This document shows, piece after piece, positions 47,003 to 55,837 of a stretch of 64,000 nucleotides of DNA. The notes under the pieces are model-generated. The model was not told where the DNA came from, ran no database searches, and saw nothing but the letters and a program-made list of their open reading frames with translations. The stretch covers positions 124,001 through 188,000 of IMG/VR virus record IMGVR_UViG_3300037502_003770; one strand, 5' to 3'. Made by a program: the position numbers and the translations under genes. Numbering within the stretch: position 1 is the first letter of the stretch; every line of letters starts with the position of its first letter.

Positions 47003-47010
47003 ACTATTTA
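46987..47010. promoter_or_regulatory. divergent pair of putative late promoters (CTATTTA)
   Basis: TAAATAG at 46987 (minus) and CTATTTA at 47004 (plus); motif recurs before most late genes. Confidence 0.6.
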
Positions 47011-47025
47011 CAATAAACAATATTT

Positions 47026-47502
47026 ATGGAAATTTATTTCAAAATAAATTATGACAAAAATTTTGATTTTACTTTAGAAAATAAACAAGATAAAATGGAT
47101 TTCATAATAAGAAAAAACTCAACTTTACCAATATTAAGATTAGAACCAATTAGAGTTTTAGATTATAAAGATTTAGTTGAAAATATTGAGAACGCAGCTG
47201 TAACATTTTCTATGATTGATATAGAAAATGGTTCATATAGAATAGCAAATAAGGCTGGTTATATTGAAATAAATGAAAGAGATAATGATACAAAAGTTAA
47301 AACAGGTAATGGTGATATGAAACCTGATTTTTATATATGTTATAAATTTACTGAATTTGATACAAGAGTTAATGGAGTATTTAGAGGTGAATTTAAAATA
47401 GATTTTATTAAAGATAATTGTGTTAATTCTTTAATTGCTCCCATTAAAAATGATTTATATATTCATATATTAGATTCTATTACAAAAACAAGTTTTATTT
47501 AA
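47026..47502 (+). CDS. putative virion structural protein (Ig/BppU-like beta sandwich)
   Basis: FIIRKNSTLPILRLE...AAVTFSM...YKFTEFDT...GVFRGEFKIDF. Confidence 0.45.
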   Translation: MEIYFKINYDKNFDFTLENKQDKMDFIIRKNSTLPILRLEPIRVLDYKDLVENIENAAVTFSMIDIENGSYRIANKAGYIEINERDNDTKVKTGNGDMKPDFYICYKFTEFDTRVNGVFRGEFKIDFIKDNCVNSLIAPIKNDLYIHILDSITKTSFI

Positions 47503-47506
47503 GAAA

Positions 47507-48991
47507 ATGAAAATTAAAAATATAAAAAGAATTTTAAAGGAAGAAACCAAAGGTGAAAGATATTTGAATAGTAAACTATCTAATATGGGTCCTATGGGTA
47601 TATCAAGACAGATTAGTAATCTTGGTGGTTACGGTCAAATAGATACTTTAAAGAAAGCTGAAGAAGAATTTTATAAATTACATAGAGTAGAATTTAAATT
47701 AAATAATCAAAAATATGAGGGTTATTTTATTGTATATCCTCAAAGTGATAATACTCTTATTTTTTATGATGGTTTACCCTTTGCAAAAAAGAGAGATACG
47801 ATGTATACAGGCGGTGAATTAAATAAAGATAAATCTGTAATATTTACAGGTTCAAGAGTAGATTTACAACTTTTAAAAACATATCAAAACTTTCTAAAAA
47901 GATTTAATTTAAAAAGTATAGTGTTAAAAGGATTTCCTGATATTACTGAACAAATTAAAAAAAATATAATTGTTGATGTAAAATTATTTTTTGAACAATT
48001 ATATAATCTTTTTATTATAAAAAATGAATTTTATAAAGAAATAGATGATTTTATAAATATATTTACTCAATTAAAAAAATACCCAAAAAATAGTAGATTG
48101 AATCGTAATGTAATTGATAAATATACTAATTTTAGAAATAATTTTGTTAATAGTAATGTATTGGAAAATAATATATTTAATGTCTTTAATAGTTATAATG
48201 TTGATGAAGCTTTTAATACTAGTGATATATCTGGTTTGTATATATATTTTAATTTTATAAAAAATAATATCGAAGAAATAAGAAATTCATCATCACAAAT
48301 AATTAAATTTTTAGAAAATTTATCTAATAAAAATAGTACCAGAATTAGTCAACCGTTTATCAGTAGTGATAAATATGATGTTAGTTATATTGTTAACGTA
48401 AAAAATAATTTATTACCAGGTGTTAAATCAGAATTAAAAAATCAAATACTTGAATTTACCTATATTAGTGAAAACTTAATAGATAAATCTAACTATAAAA
48501 TGGGTAAATCTTTGGGTGTTATGAAAATTAATGGTATATCTTTGAATATGAGGGATAAAAATGATAAATATGAAATAATATTTGATGCTGAAAAAAGTAT
48601 TATTTCATTAACTATTAACGGTAATAAACAATCTGGTAGTGATAGGGATAATAGTCTTAAAAAAATATTAGATAATATTTTTATTCAAAAATTTAATGGT
48701 GAATTTAATTATATAAATACTAAATTAATAAATGATGCTATAAATAATAAAATGTATAATTTTAATTATATTGAAAATAATAATAGACATTATCGTTTAG
48801 GTAGGTCAGGCGCACCTTTTAAATTTGATATTCTTTTCTATAATGACTTAGATGGTACAATGTTTAAAGGTAAATTACCTAACATTAATATTATATCCTT
48901 ACAAATAAATGATTTTAAAATATTAAAAGAACAGACAACATATATAGATGAAATAAAAATAAATATTGAATTTATATCAACAAATAATTAA
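47507..48991 (+). CDS. hypothetical protein with N-terminal ILKEE tag
   Basis: MKIKNIKRILKEE. Confidence 0.7.
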   Translation: MKIKNIKRILKEETKGERYLNSKLSNMGPMGISRQISNLGGYGQIDTLKKAEEEFYKLHRVEFKLNNQKYEGYFIVYPQSDNTLIFYDGLPFAKKRDTMYTGGELNKDKSVIFTGSRVDLQLLKTYQNFLKRFNLKSIVLKGFPDITEQIKKNIIVDVKLFFEQLYNLFIIKNEFYKEIDDFINIFTQLKKYPKNSRLNRNVIDKYTNFRNNFVNSNVLENNIFNVFNSYNVDEAFNTSDISGLYIYFNFIKNNIEEIRNSSSQIIKFLENLSNKNSTRISQPFISSDKYDVSYIVNVKNNLLPGVKSELKNQILEFTYISENLIDKSNYKMGKSLGVMKINGISLNMRDKNDKYEIIFDAEKSIISLTINGNKQSGSDRDNSLKKILDNIFIQKFNGEFNYINTKLINDAINNKMYNFNYIENNNRHYRLGRSGAPFKFDILFYNDLDGTMFKGKLPNINIISLQINDFKILKEQTTYIDEIKINIEFISTNN

Positions 48992-48993
48992 AT

Positions 48994-51483
48994 ATGAGTA
49001 TATCAAAAAAAGAAATAGCTGATGCTTTAGCTAGAAGTAATGCTGAAATGGAAAAGTATTCACAAAGTCTGAATACTCAAATGGATATACACGAAAAAAT
49101 TGCTAATTTAATTGATAAATCTAATAGTTCAATAGCTTCTTATTTTAAAACTTCTAAGGATATTAATAATCTTGAAAAAAAGAATCTTCAATTAGCTAAT
49201 GAAAGAAAAAAACTTGAAGAACAATTAAATACTTTAAGAGAAGCTCAAAGTAAAATTGAAAAGAAGATATTAAAAACTGTTGATGAAGAAAAAGAAAAAG
49301 CACTTAAATCTCAATTAGAATTACTAACAAAAAATCTAACAGCTTTAGAAAAACAATCTCTTCAACTAGAAAATAATATAGACGCAAATAATGAAATAGT
49401 AAGAGGATTTAAAGAACAAACATCATTACTTGGAACAATTGGTCAATCTATTCAGGATAATCTAGTTAATAGAATGGTTAATTTTAGTAAATCTATTTAT
49501 GGTTATTTTAATGAAGCTGATAGAGCTATAAAAGACTTAAATTTATCATTAGGTAAATCAGGAGCTAATTCTGCTATGCTTAGAGATAATATGACTGATG
49601 TTGCTATGCAAGCAGCTTATTTTGGTTTAAGTGTTAAAGATTTAGCAAGTATTCAAGAAAGATATGCTGAGGCAACAGGTAAAGCTAACGGTTTAAGAAG
49701 AGATGAATTAAATTCAGTAATGTTAATTGCTAAAGGTACTTCTTTAGGAAGTGAGGCTGCTGGTGAAATGGTAGGTAATTTTGAAACTATTGGATTGTCT
49801 GCTGTTCAAACAAAAAACTTTGTAGAAAAAACTGTTAACTTAAATGAAAAATTTGGTGTTAATTCAGGAAAAGTTTTAAAAACCATTAATCAAAATTTTA
49901 GTAAATTAAATGAATATAGATTTCAAAATGGTGTAGAAGGTCTTGCAAAAATGAGTAGACTTGCAGAAATAACTAAAATTTCAATAGAAAGTACTTTTTC
50001 CGCAATAGATAAATTTAGAACATTACAAGGTACATTAGAAGCTTCTGCAAGACTTATGACTATGGGTGGTAAGTTTGCTCAAGCTGACCCTTTTAAACTA
50101 TCTTTCTTATCAAGAAATCAACCTGAAAAGTTTGCTCAATCAATAGCTGATATGACTAGAGGAATAGCTACTTTTAATAAAGAAACTAGGGAATTTGAAT
50201 TGTCAGCTTTAGATATGGATAGATTAAGAGAAGTATCAGAAGCTACAGGTATTTCAGTTAAAGAATTAGCTGCTTCAGCAAAAGAAGTTTCAAAAATAGA
50301 TTTAGCTAAGAAAAGTATATTTATTGGAACTAAAGAAGATAGAGATTTTCTTGGTAGAATGGCTAAGTTTGGTGATAATGGTAGAATGGTTGTTGAAATT
50401 GATGGTCAAAATGTTGATTTACAAAATGTTACTAAATCACAATTAGATGTTTTAAAAGGTTCAGCTAAAAATTTAAAAGAAAGAGCTGATGCTGCAAAAA
50501 CATTTGATGAAATTTTTGTAAATACTGTAAATGAATTAAAAGCTTCTTTATTACCTTTCTTAAAACAATTTAATGCGTTAGCAACAAGTTTAAATAGTTT
50601 TATAGATGGTATAGATAATAATAAAGGTGTTTGGCAAATTATGGGTTCTATTGCTGTTATTGCAGGTGCAACATTACCATTTATTGCTGCTGCTGGCGGT
50701 ATAAAATCTATTCTTGGTGGAATAGGTGATATGATAAGTAATACAAAAGATAAAATAGTTGATAAATTAATAGATAAAAGTGTTGATACCGCTGTTAATA
50801 GAGGAGGTTCTTTATTAAATTCAGGTGCTAGTGCAGGAGCAACTGCAAGTAATTATAGTTTTGCAGCATCACTCGCTGCTGTTGGTGTAGCTGCTGCTGG
50901 TATTGGTTTTGGTATTAAACAAGCAACAGAAGGATTTGCAAGTTTGGCTACAGCTATGAAAGGTTTAACTGGTTCAGAAATGGAAGGTTTAAAAGATATA
51001 TTATTAGGTGTAGGTATTGGTATTGTTGCAATTGGAGGTGGATTAGCTGCTTTAGCTTATAGTCCTGCTGGACCTGGAGCTTTACTTATGTTAGGCGGTA
51101 TAACAGCTTCATTTATGGGTATTAGTTGGGCAACAAGAAATGTATTAGATGGTATTACAGATGTTGTAACAGGAATAGGTAAATTATCAAATGTAAATTA
51201 CGCAGGTATATTAAGACCTATTAATGATTTAATAAATGTTGATTTAGGTAAATTACAAAAATTAGAAGATTTCTTCACTAATTTAAGTCAAATCAAATAT
51301 AATAATTTTGCTACATTAGAACAAATATCTAAAGATGGTATTAAATTAGTTTTACCTGATAAAGTACCATTTAATATAGAAATAGATTTTACTGCGACAT
51401 TAGATAAAACTCAATTATCTAAACAATTAGCAAAACAAATACAAGTAGAAATATATAAAGGAAAAACAGGAAAAAGTAGTTAA
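48994..51483 (+). CDS. tape-measure-like protein
   Basis: N-terminal coiled coil, Ala/Gly-rich helical body, hydrophobic Gly/Ala C-terminal segments; next to the spike gene. Confidence 0.7.
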   Translation: MSISKKEIADALARSNAEMEKYSQSLNTQMDIHEKIANLIDKSNSSIASYFKTSKDINNLEKKNLQLANERKKLEEQLNTLREAQSKIEKKILKTVDEEKEKALKSQLELLTKNLTALEKQSLQLENNIDANNEIVRGFKEQTSLLGTIGQSIQDNLVNRMVNFSKSIYGYFNEADRAIKDLNLSLGKSGANSAMLRDNMTDVAMQAAYFGLSVKDLASIQERYAEATGKANGLRRDELNSVMLIAKGTSLGSEAAGEMVGNFETIGLSAVQTKNFVEKTVNLNEKFGVNSGKVLKTINQNFSKLNEYRFQNGVEGLAKMSRLAEITKISIESTFSAIDKFRTLQGTLEASARLMTMGGKFAQADPFKLSFLSRNQPEKFAQSIADMTRGIATFNKETREFELSALDMDRLREVSEATGISVKELAASAKEVSKIDLAKKSIFIGTKEDRDFLGRMAKFGDNGRMVVEIDGQNVDLQNVTKSQLDVLKGSAKNLKERADAAKTFDEIFVNTVNELKASLLPFLKQFNALATSLNSFIDGIDNNKGVWQIMGSIAVIAGATLPFIAAAGGIKSILGGIGDMISNTKDKIVDKLIDKSVDTAVNRGGSLLNSGASAGATASNYSFAASLAAVGVAAAGIGFGIKQATEGFASLATAMKGLTGSEMEGLKDILLGVGIGIVAIGGGLAALAYSPAGPGALLMLGGITASFMGISWATRNVLDGITDVVTGIGKLSNVNYAGILRPINDLINVDLGKLQKLEDFFTNLSQIKYNNFATLEQISKDGIKLVLPDKVPFNIEIDFTATLDKTQLSKQLAKQIQVEIYKGKTGKSS

Positions 51484-51488
51484 TTAAT

Positions 51489-52418
51489 ATGGATTTATTT
51501 TTTGATAAACAAACATTATTGGATAGAGAAACTAGTAATCCTACTAGTTCAAACCCTACTGGTCTTAGAAGTACTAAGACTATACATAAGGGTATTGTTG
51601 TTAGTGTAGATGATAGTGAGAATGGTAAAAGAATTAAAGTTCGTTTAACTGGTTTTGATGATGGCGTTACTGATGAAAATTTACCTTATTGTTATCCTTT
51701 ACTTCCTTTTAATATTACAATTACACCAACAGAAAAGAGTATTGTAAGAGTAATTATTTCTGATATTTCAGCTCCTTATCAAGATAGATTATATATTTCA
51801 GAAGTTATTTCACAATTTCAAAATTTAAATGGTCAACCGTTTTTTATTGATACTAAAAATAAATATAGTGAAGAAGCTTTATTTAATCAAAATAAAAATC
51901 AACCAATAAAAAATATACCAACAGTAGGTGATTTATACCCTAAAAATAAAAAAGAATTATTAGATACAATTTCATTTAATAGTAAAAACGGTAAAACCGA
52001 TTTATTATTAAATGAAAACTATTATTCTTTAAGGACAAATAAATTTAAAGTAAGTAATACTGAAAAGAATTTAACTAACCCTTGTTATATAAACGGTTTT
52101 TTAGAACCAAAGAAAAATGTTAACTATAATATAATTAATTCTGATAAGATATTTTTACTTTCAAATAAAACCAATCTTAATTATAATAAGAATTTAATAG
52201 AAAGTAAAGACTCTCAAGAAATAGATAATTTATTAAAACAAGTTCATAATGTTGGTTATGGTGATACCATTGCAGAGTTTTTAGATTTATTTAGAAAGGC
52301 TTTTACAAACCACGTTCATTCTTATGATGGTAAAGAACCAATTAATAGTGATTTTATTAAAAAATTAAATGAATTTGATTTATCAAGAATATTCTCAAAA
52401 GATATACATATTAATTAA
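51489..52418 (+). CDS. baseplate central spike (gp5/gpV/VgrG-type OB-fold)
   Basis: GIVVSVDD..GKRIKVR...LPYCYPLLP...RLYI; C-terminal NHVH metal-binding motif. Confidence 0.7.
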   Translation: MDLFFDKQTLLDRETSNPTSSNPTGLRSTKTIHKGIVVSVDDSENGKRIKVRLTGFDDGVTDENLPYCYPLLPFNITITPTEKSIVRVIISDISAPYQDRLYISEVISQFQNLNGQPFFIDTKNKYSEEALFNQNKNQPIKNIPTVGDLYPKNKKELLDTISFNSKNGKTDLLLNENYYSLRTNKFKVSNTEKNLTNPCYINGFLEPKKNVNYNIINSDKIFLLSNKTNLNYNKNLIESKDSQEIDNLLKQVHNVGYGDTIAEFLDLFRKAFTNHVHSYDGKEPINSDFIKKLNEFDLSRIFSKDIHIN

Positions 52419-52455
52419 AATAATATACTATTTATAATTAAAATAATTAATAATT

Positions 52456-53211
52456 ATGATTAATTTAGGTATTATAAAAACAAATCTGAGTAGAGTTGTA
52501 GCTGAGAATCTATTATCTGAAAATAAAGATATTAATAAAGTTGATTTATATAAAAATTTTTTAAATATTCTTAAAACATCAGATATTCTTATGTTGGAAT
52601 ATAATATATTTAAAAATTTTGAACAAAAGAATCATTCTATTGAATCAGCTTATAATTTAATATCTGAAAATTTAAGACCGATAAAGTCTTTTACAAAGAA
52701 AGAAATTATTAATGAGAATAAAAAAATAAAAGATTTTAATTTAAAAAATAATCTTTCTCAAAAAGAAAACACTTTTTATAATGCTATTCATAATTTAATT
52801 ATGGAATCAACAGCTAAATATCCTGATATTAATCTTTTACATGAATCACATGAAATTATATTAAATTCTTTACTTGAAAAAAAATCTCTTATTAAAGAAG
52901 AAAGACAAATTAATAAAGTAAATAATGCTGTTATAAATTTGGCTACTAAAAAAATTAATGAAGAGATAGGTAAATTCTCTTCTAAAGAAAAAGATATATT
53001 GCAAACTTTATCTAAAGGAACTTTTAATGATAAAGTAATGTTGCTTGAAAATATTAAAGGTGAGTGTAAGATATTAATAGAAGATTCTAAATCTTTAATA
53101 GAAGATTATGTTTATGAAAATACTATTAATAAAATAAATAATATTGATGCAACGCCTGAAACTATAAATGAATCAATACTTGATTTATATTCTTTGTTAA
53201 GTGATGAATAA
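52456..53211 (+). CDS. hypothetical late protein
   Basis: 251 aa with many L/I-x-E sites; CTATTTA at 52428. Confidence 0.75.
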   Translation: MINLGIIKTNLSRVVAENLLSENKDINKVDLYKNFLNILKTSDILMLEYNIFKNFEQKNHSIESAYNLISENLRPIKSFTKKEIINENKKIKDFNLKNNLSQKENTFYNAIHNLIMESTAKYPDINLLHESHEIILNSLLEKKSLIKEERQINKVNNAVINLATKKINEEIGKFSSKEKDILQTLSKGTFNDKVMLLENIKGECKILIEDSKSLIEDYVYENTINKINNIDATPETINESILDLYSLLSDE

Positions 53212-54007
53212 ATTAAAAGTAATTAATGATAATAATCAAATAGATTTACTTTCTTTAAGTAATTTTTTATTAAGAAAAAAAGATGATTATCTTGAAGCTT
53301 TATTAAAAATAAATGGTTATAAAAAATTAATTATTGATTATAATAGTGATTTCTTTTTTGATAGAATTTTACCATACGGAGAATCAAAATATTTTAATGT
53401 AAATATAATACCAGACCAATATTGGTATAATTATGATTTTTGTATGAGAGCCATTTCGTCTAATGGCTGTGGTTATTTATTATCTTATGTACCGAAAGAA
53501 TTAAGAGATTATAAACTTTGTAAGAAAGCTGTATCTGATAAAAATAGTGCTGGTATTATTTTAGGTTTTGTTCCAAAAAAATTAAGAGATTATTCTCTTT
53601 GTGAAATAGCTGTTTATAGTGATTGGATGAATTTAGAATATGTACCAGAAAATTTAATAGATTCTTCTTTATGTGAAATAGCTATCACTCAAAATGGTTA
53701 TTCTTTAAAATTTGTACCGAAAGAATTAAGAGATTATTCTCTTTGTGAGAAAGCTGTTAATAATAATGCTTTCGCTTTACAGTTTGTTCCTAAAAATATT
53801 GAAAATTATTATTCTTTACTAAAAATAGGTTTTAAACAATACGATTCAGCTTTAGTTAGTAATGAATGGTTTCCAATAAACTATATTCCTCAATTAATCA
53901 AAGATTTTCCACAATATAAAGAATCACTTGAATCGTATCTTCTTCAAGAATATATTAAAAAAGAAGTAAAGAAATTATTAAGGGAGTACTATTTAAAAGA
54001 AAAATAG
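53201..54007 (+). CDS. DUF4116-like repeat protein with C-terminal tag
   Basis: VPKELRDYSLCEKAV repeats; LQEYIKKEVKKLLRE. Confidence 0.8.
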   Translation: MMNKLKVINDNNQIDLLSLSNFLLRKKDDYLEALLKINGYKKLIIDYNSDFFFDRILPYGESKYFNVNIIPDQYWYNYDFCMRAISSNGCGYLLSYVPKELRDYKLCKKAVSDKNSAGIILGFVPKKLRDYSLCEIAVYSDWMNLEYVPENLIDSSLCEIAITQNGYSLKFVPKELRDYSLCEKAVNNNAFALQFVPKNIENYYSLLKIGFKQYDSALVSNEWFPINYIPQLIKDFPQYKESLESYLLQEYIKKEVKKLLREYYLKEK

Positions 54008-54008
54008 T

Positions 54009-55250
54009 ATGTCGTTTTTCAATTGTAACCTTGATGAAATCAATAAATATAAGATAGTAGATATTGATATATCAGATAATAAATCATGGAATTTAAATAC
54101 TGGTTTAACTATTAATTCATTAAAAAAATATAATGATGCAATAACATCTACTTTTGAATTACCTACTTATGGATTAACAGCGTTTGATTATGGTTTAGTT
54201 AATTCATTAACAGCAACAACTACCATCAATTATACAGATAATAAATTAAAATTACAAAGAGTAGGAGAAAATGATTTTACTGGTAATACAAGTTATACTG
54301 GGTATAGTATTACACCTGTAACAACAGCTACTACTGTAGGGAATTATTTTCTTTTAGAAGGAGGATATTTTACAGGGTTTTATAAACTTCATGATTATGA
54401 ATATGAAATATTACCTTATAGATATAACGAAGGTTTAACTATTTCAACATGGATTAATGTACAATCAGGTATTACTTTTGAAAATATTTTATCTGAAAAA
54501 GATGGTTTCTTTTTTTATATGGGTGCTTTAGCTGAGAATAAATATTCATTAGCTTATTCAGGTGATACAATATATTCTTCTTTTACTGGAACAAATATCA
54601 CAAAAAATGTAGATTTATCAGGAAATACAACAGGTTTAACAAATATTTTTTTAAATGACCATACTGATTTAGAATCAGGTATTACTAAAAATATAATAGC
54701 TTTTAGAATAAATCAAAATAAACAGATAGGTTATAGATTTTTAGATTATACTGGAAATACAATAGAAAATTATTCTGATAAAGAAATTTCTTATGGATGG
54801 AATAATATTACAATAACATTTAAACCAAAAGAATTAATTAAAGATAAAGATTTATTAAATTGTTATAAAGATAGGGATATGGTATTGACAATTTATTTAA
54901 ATGGGATTATTATTTATGAAGAAATAGATTTTAAAGAAATATGGTTTAAAGAAATGTTTACTGAAAGAGAAAAACAATTACATATACCATATGTTATTAA
55001 TTGGGGTGGAGGTAGTTTTGGTTTAAAACATTCTTGGCATTTCAATAATTCATTAAATGAGTTTATTCAAGATGAAAGAAAAAAAGATTTATTAATTGAG
55101 AAAAATTTTGATGGTTCTTTTTATGGTGGTATTCAAAAATTGGAATTATATAATAAAGCGTTAAATTTTATTGAGGTAAGAAAAATTATTGAATATTATT
55201 CAAAATATAATATAAATAATTTTAAAGGCGGAAGATTGATTAATATATAA
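54009..55250 (+). CDS. LamG/concanavalin-A-like virion protein
   Basis: LTISTWIN, GWNNITITF, TIYLNG, FYGGIQKLELYNKALNFIEV. Confidence 0.65.
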   Translation: MSFFNCNLDEINKYKIVDIDISDNKSWNLNTGLTINSLKKYNDAITSTFELPTYGLTAFDYGLVNSLTATTTINYTDNKLKLQRVGENDFTGNTSYTGYSITPVTTATTVGNYFLLEGGYFTGFYKLHDYEYEILPYRYNEGLTISTWINVQSGITFENILSEKDGFFFYMGALAENKYSLAYSGDTIYSSFTGTNITKNVDLSGNTTGLTNIFLNDHTDLESGITKNIIAFRINQNKQIGYRFLDYTGNTIENYSDKEISYGWNNITITFKPKELIKDKDLLNCYKDRDMVLTIYLNGIIIYEEIDFKEIWFKEMFTEREKQLHIPYVINWGGGSFGLKHSWHFNNSLNEFIQDERKKDLLIEKNFDGSFYGGIQKLELYNKALNFIEVRKIIEYYSKYNINNFKGGRLINI

Positions 55251-55837
55251 TGAAGAATATTGATAAGGTTAGTGATAGAAATCAAATAGATTTACTTTCT
55301 TTAAATAAATTCTTTATTGAGAAAGGGGATGATGAATTAGAATATTTATTATGGAATAATCAACTTATAGATACTAATTATTCAAATGAACGTATACAAA
55401 ATTATATTATAAAAAGATTTCAACCTAATGAAATAAAGAATGAGTTTTATTTATCATATAAATTTTGTGAAAAAATAGTTACTAAAGATGGTATGGCTTT
55501 AATGTATGTACCCGAACATTTAAAAGATTATAATCTTTGTGAGAAAGCTGTTAATAATGAACCATATGCTATACATTTTATACCAAAAACAATAGAAAAT
55601 TACTATGAATTAGTAAAAATTGTTTTTAAATTAGCAGTTAAATGGAAATTAAAAGAGTCTGAAATTTTTAAATATATATCAAGAGATGATTTAATACAAT
55701 TAAAAAAAGATTTTCCAGAACATATAGATTTTTTTGATGAGCTTAACTTAAAAGAATATATTTCCAAAGAAGTAAGAAAATTATTAAAAGAACAAATTTT
55801 TAAAAATAAAAACTATTTAATTAAAAATATAAAATAA
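55250..55837 (+). CDS. DUF4116-like repeat protein with C-terminal tag
   Basis: QIDLLSLNKFFIEKGD ... LKEYISKEVRKLLKE. Confidence 0.75.
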   Translation: MKNIDKVSDRNQIDLLSLNKFFIEKGDDELEYLLWNNQLIDTNYSNERIQNYIIKRFQPNEIKNEFYLSYKFCEKIVTKDGMALMYVPEHLKDYNLCEKAVNNEPYAIHFIPKTIENYYELVKIVFKLAVKWKLKESEIFKYISRDDLIQLKKDFPEHIDFFDELNLKEYISKEVRKLLKEQIFKNKNYLIKNIK

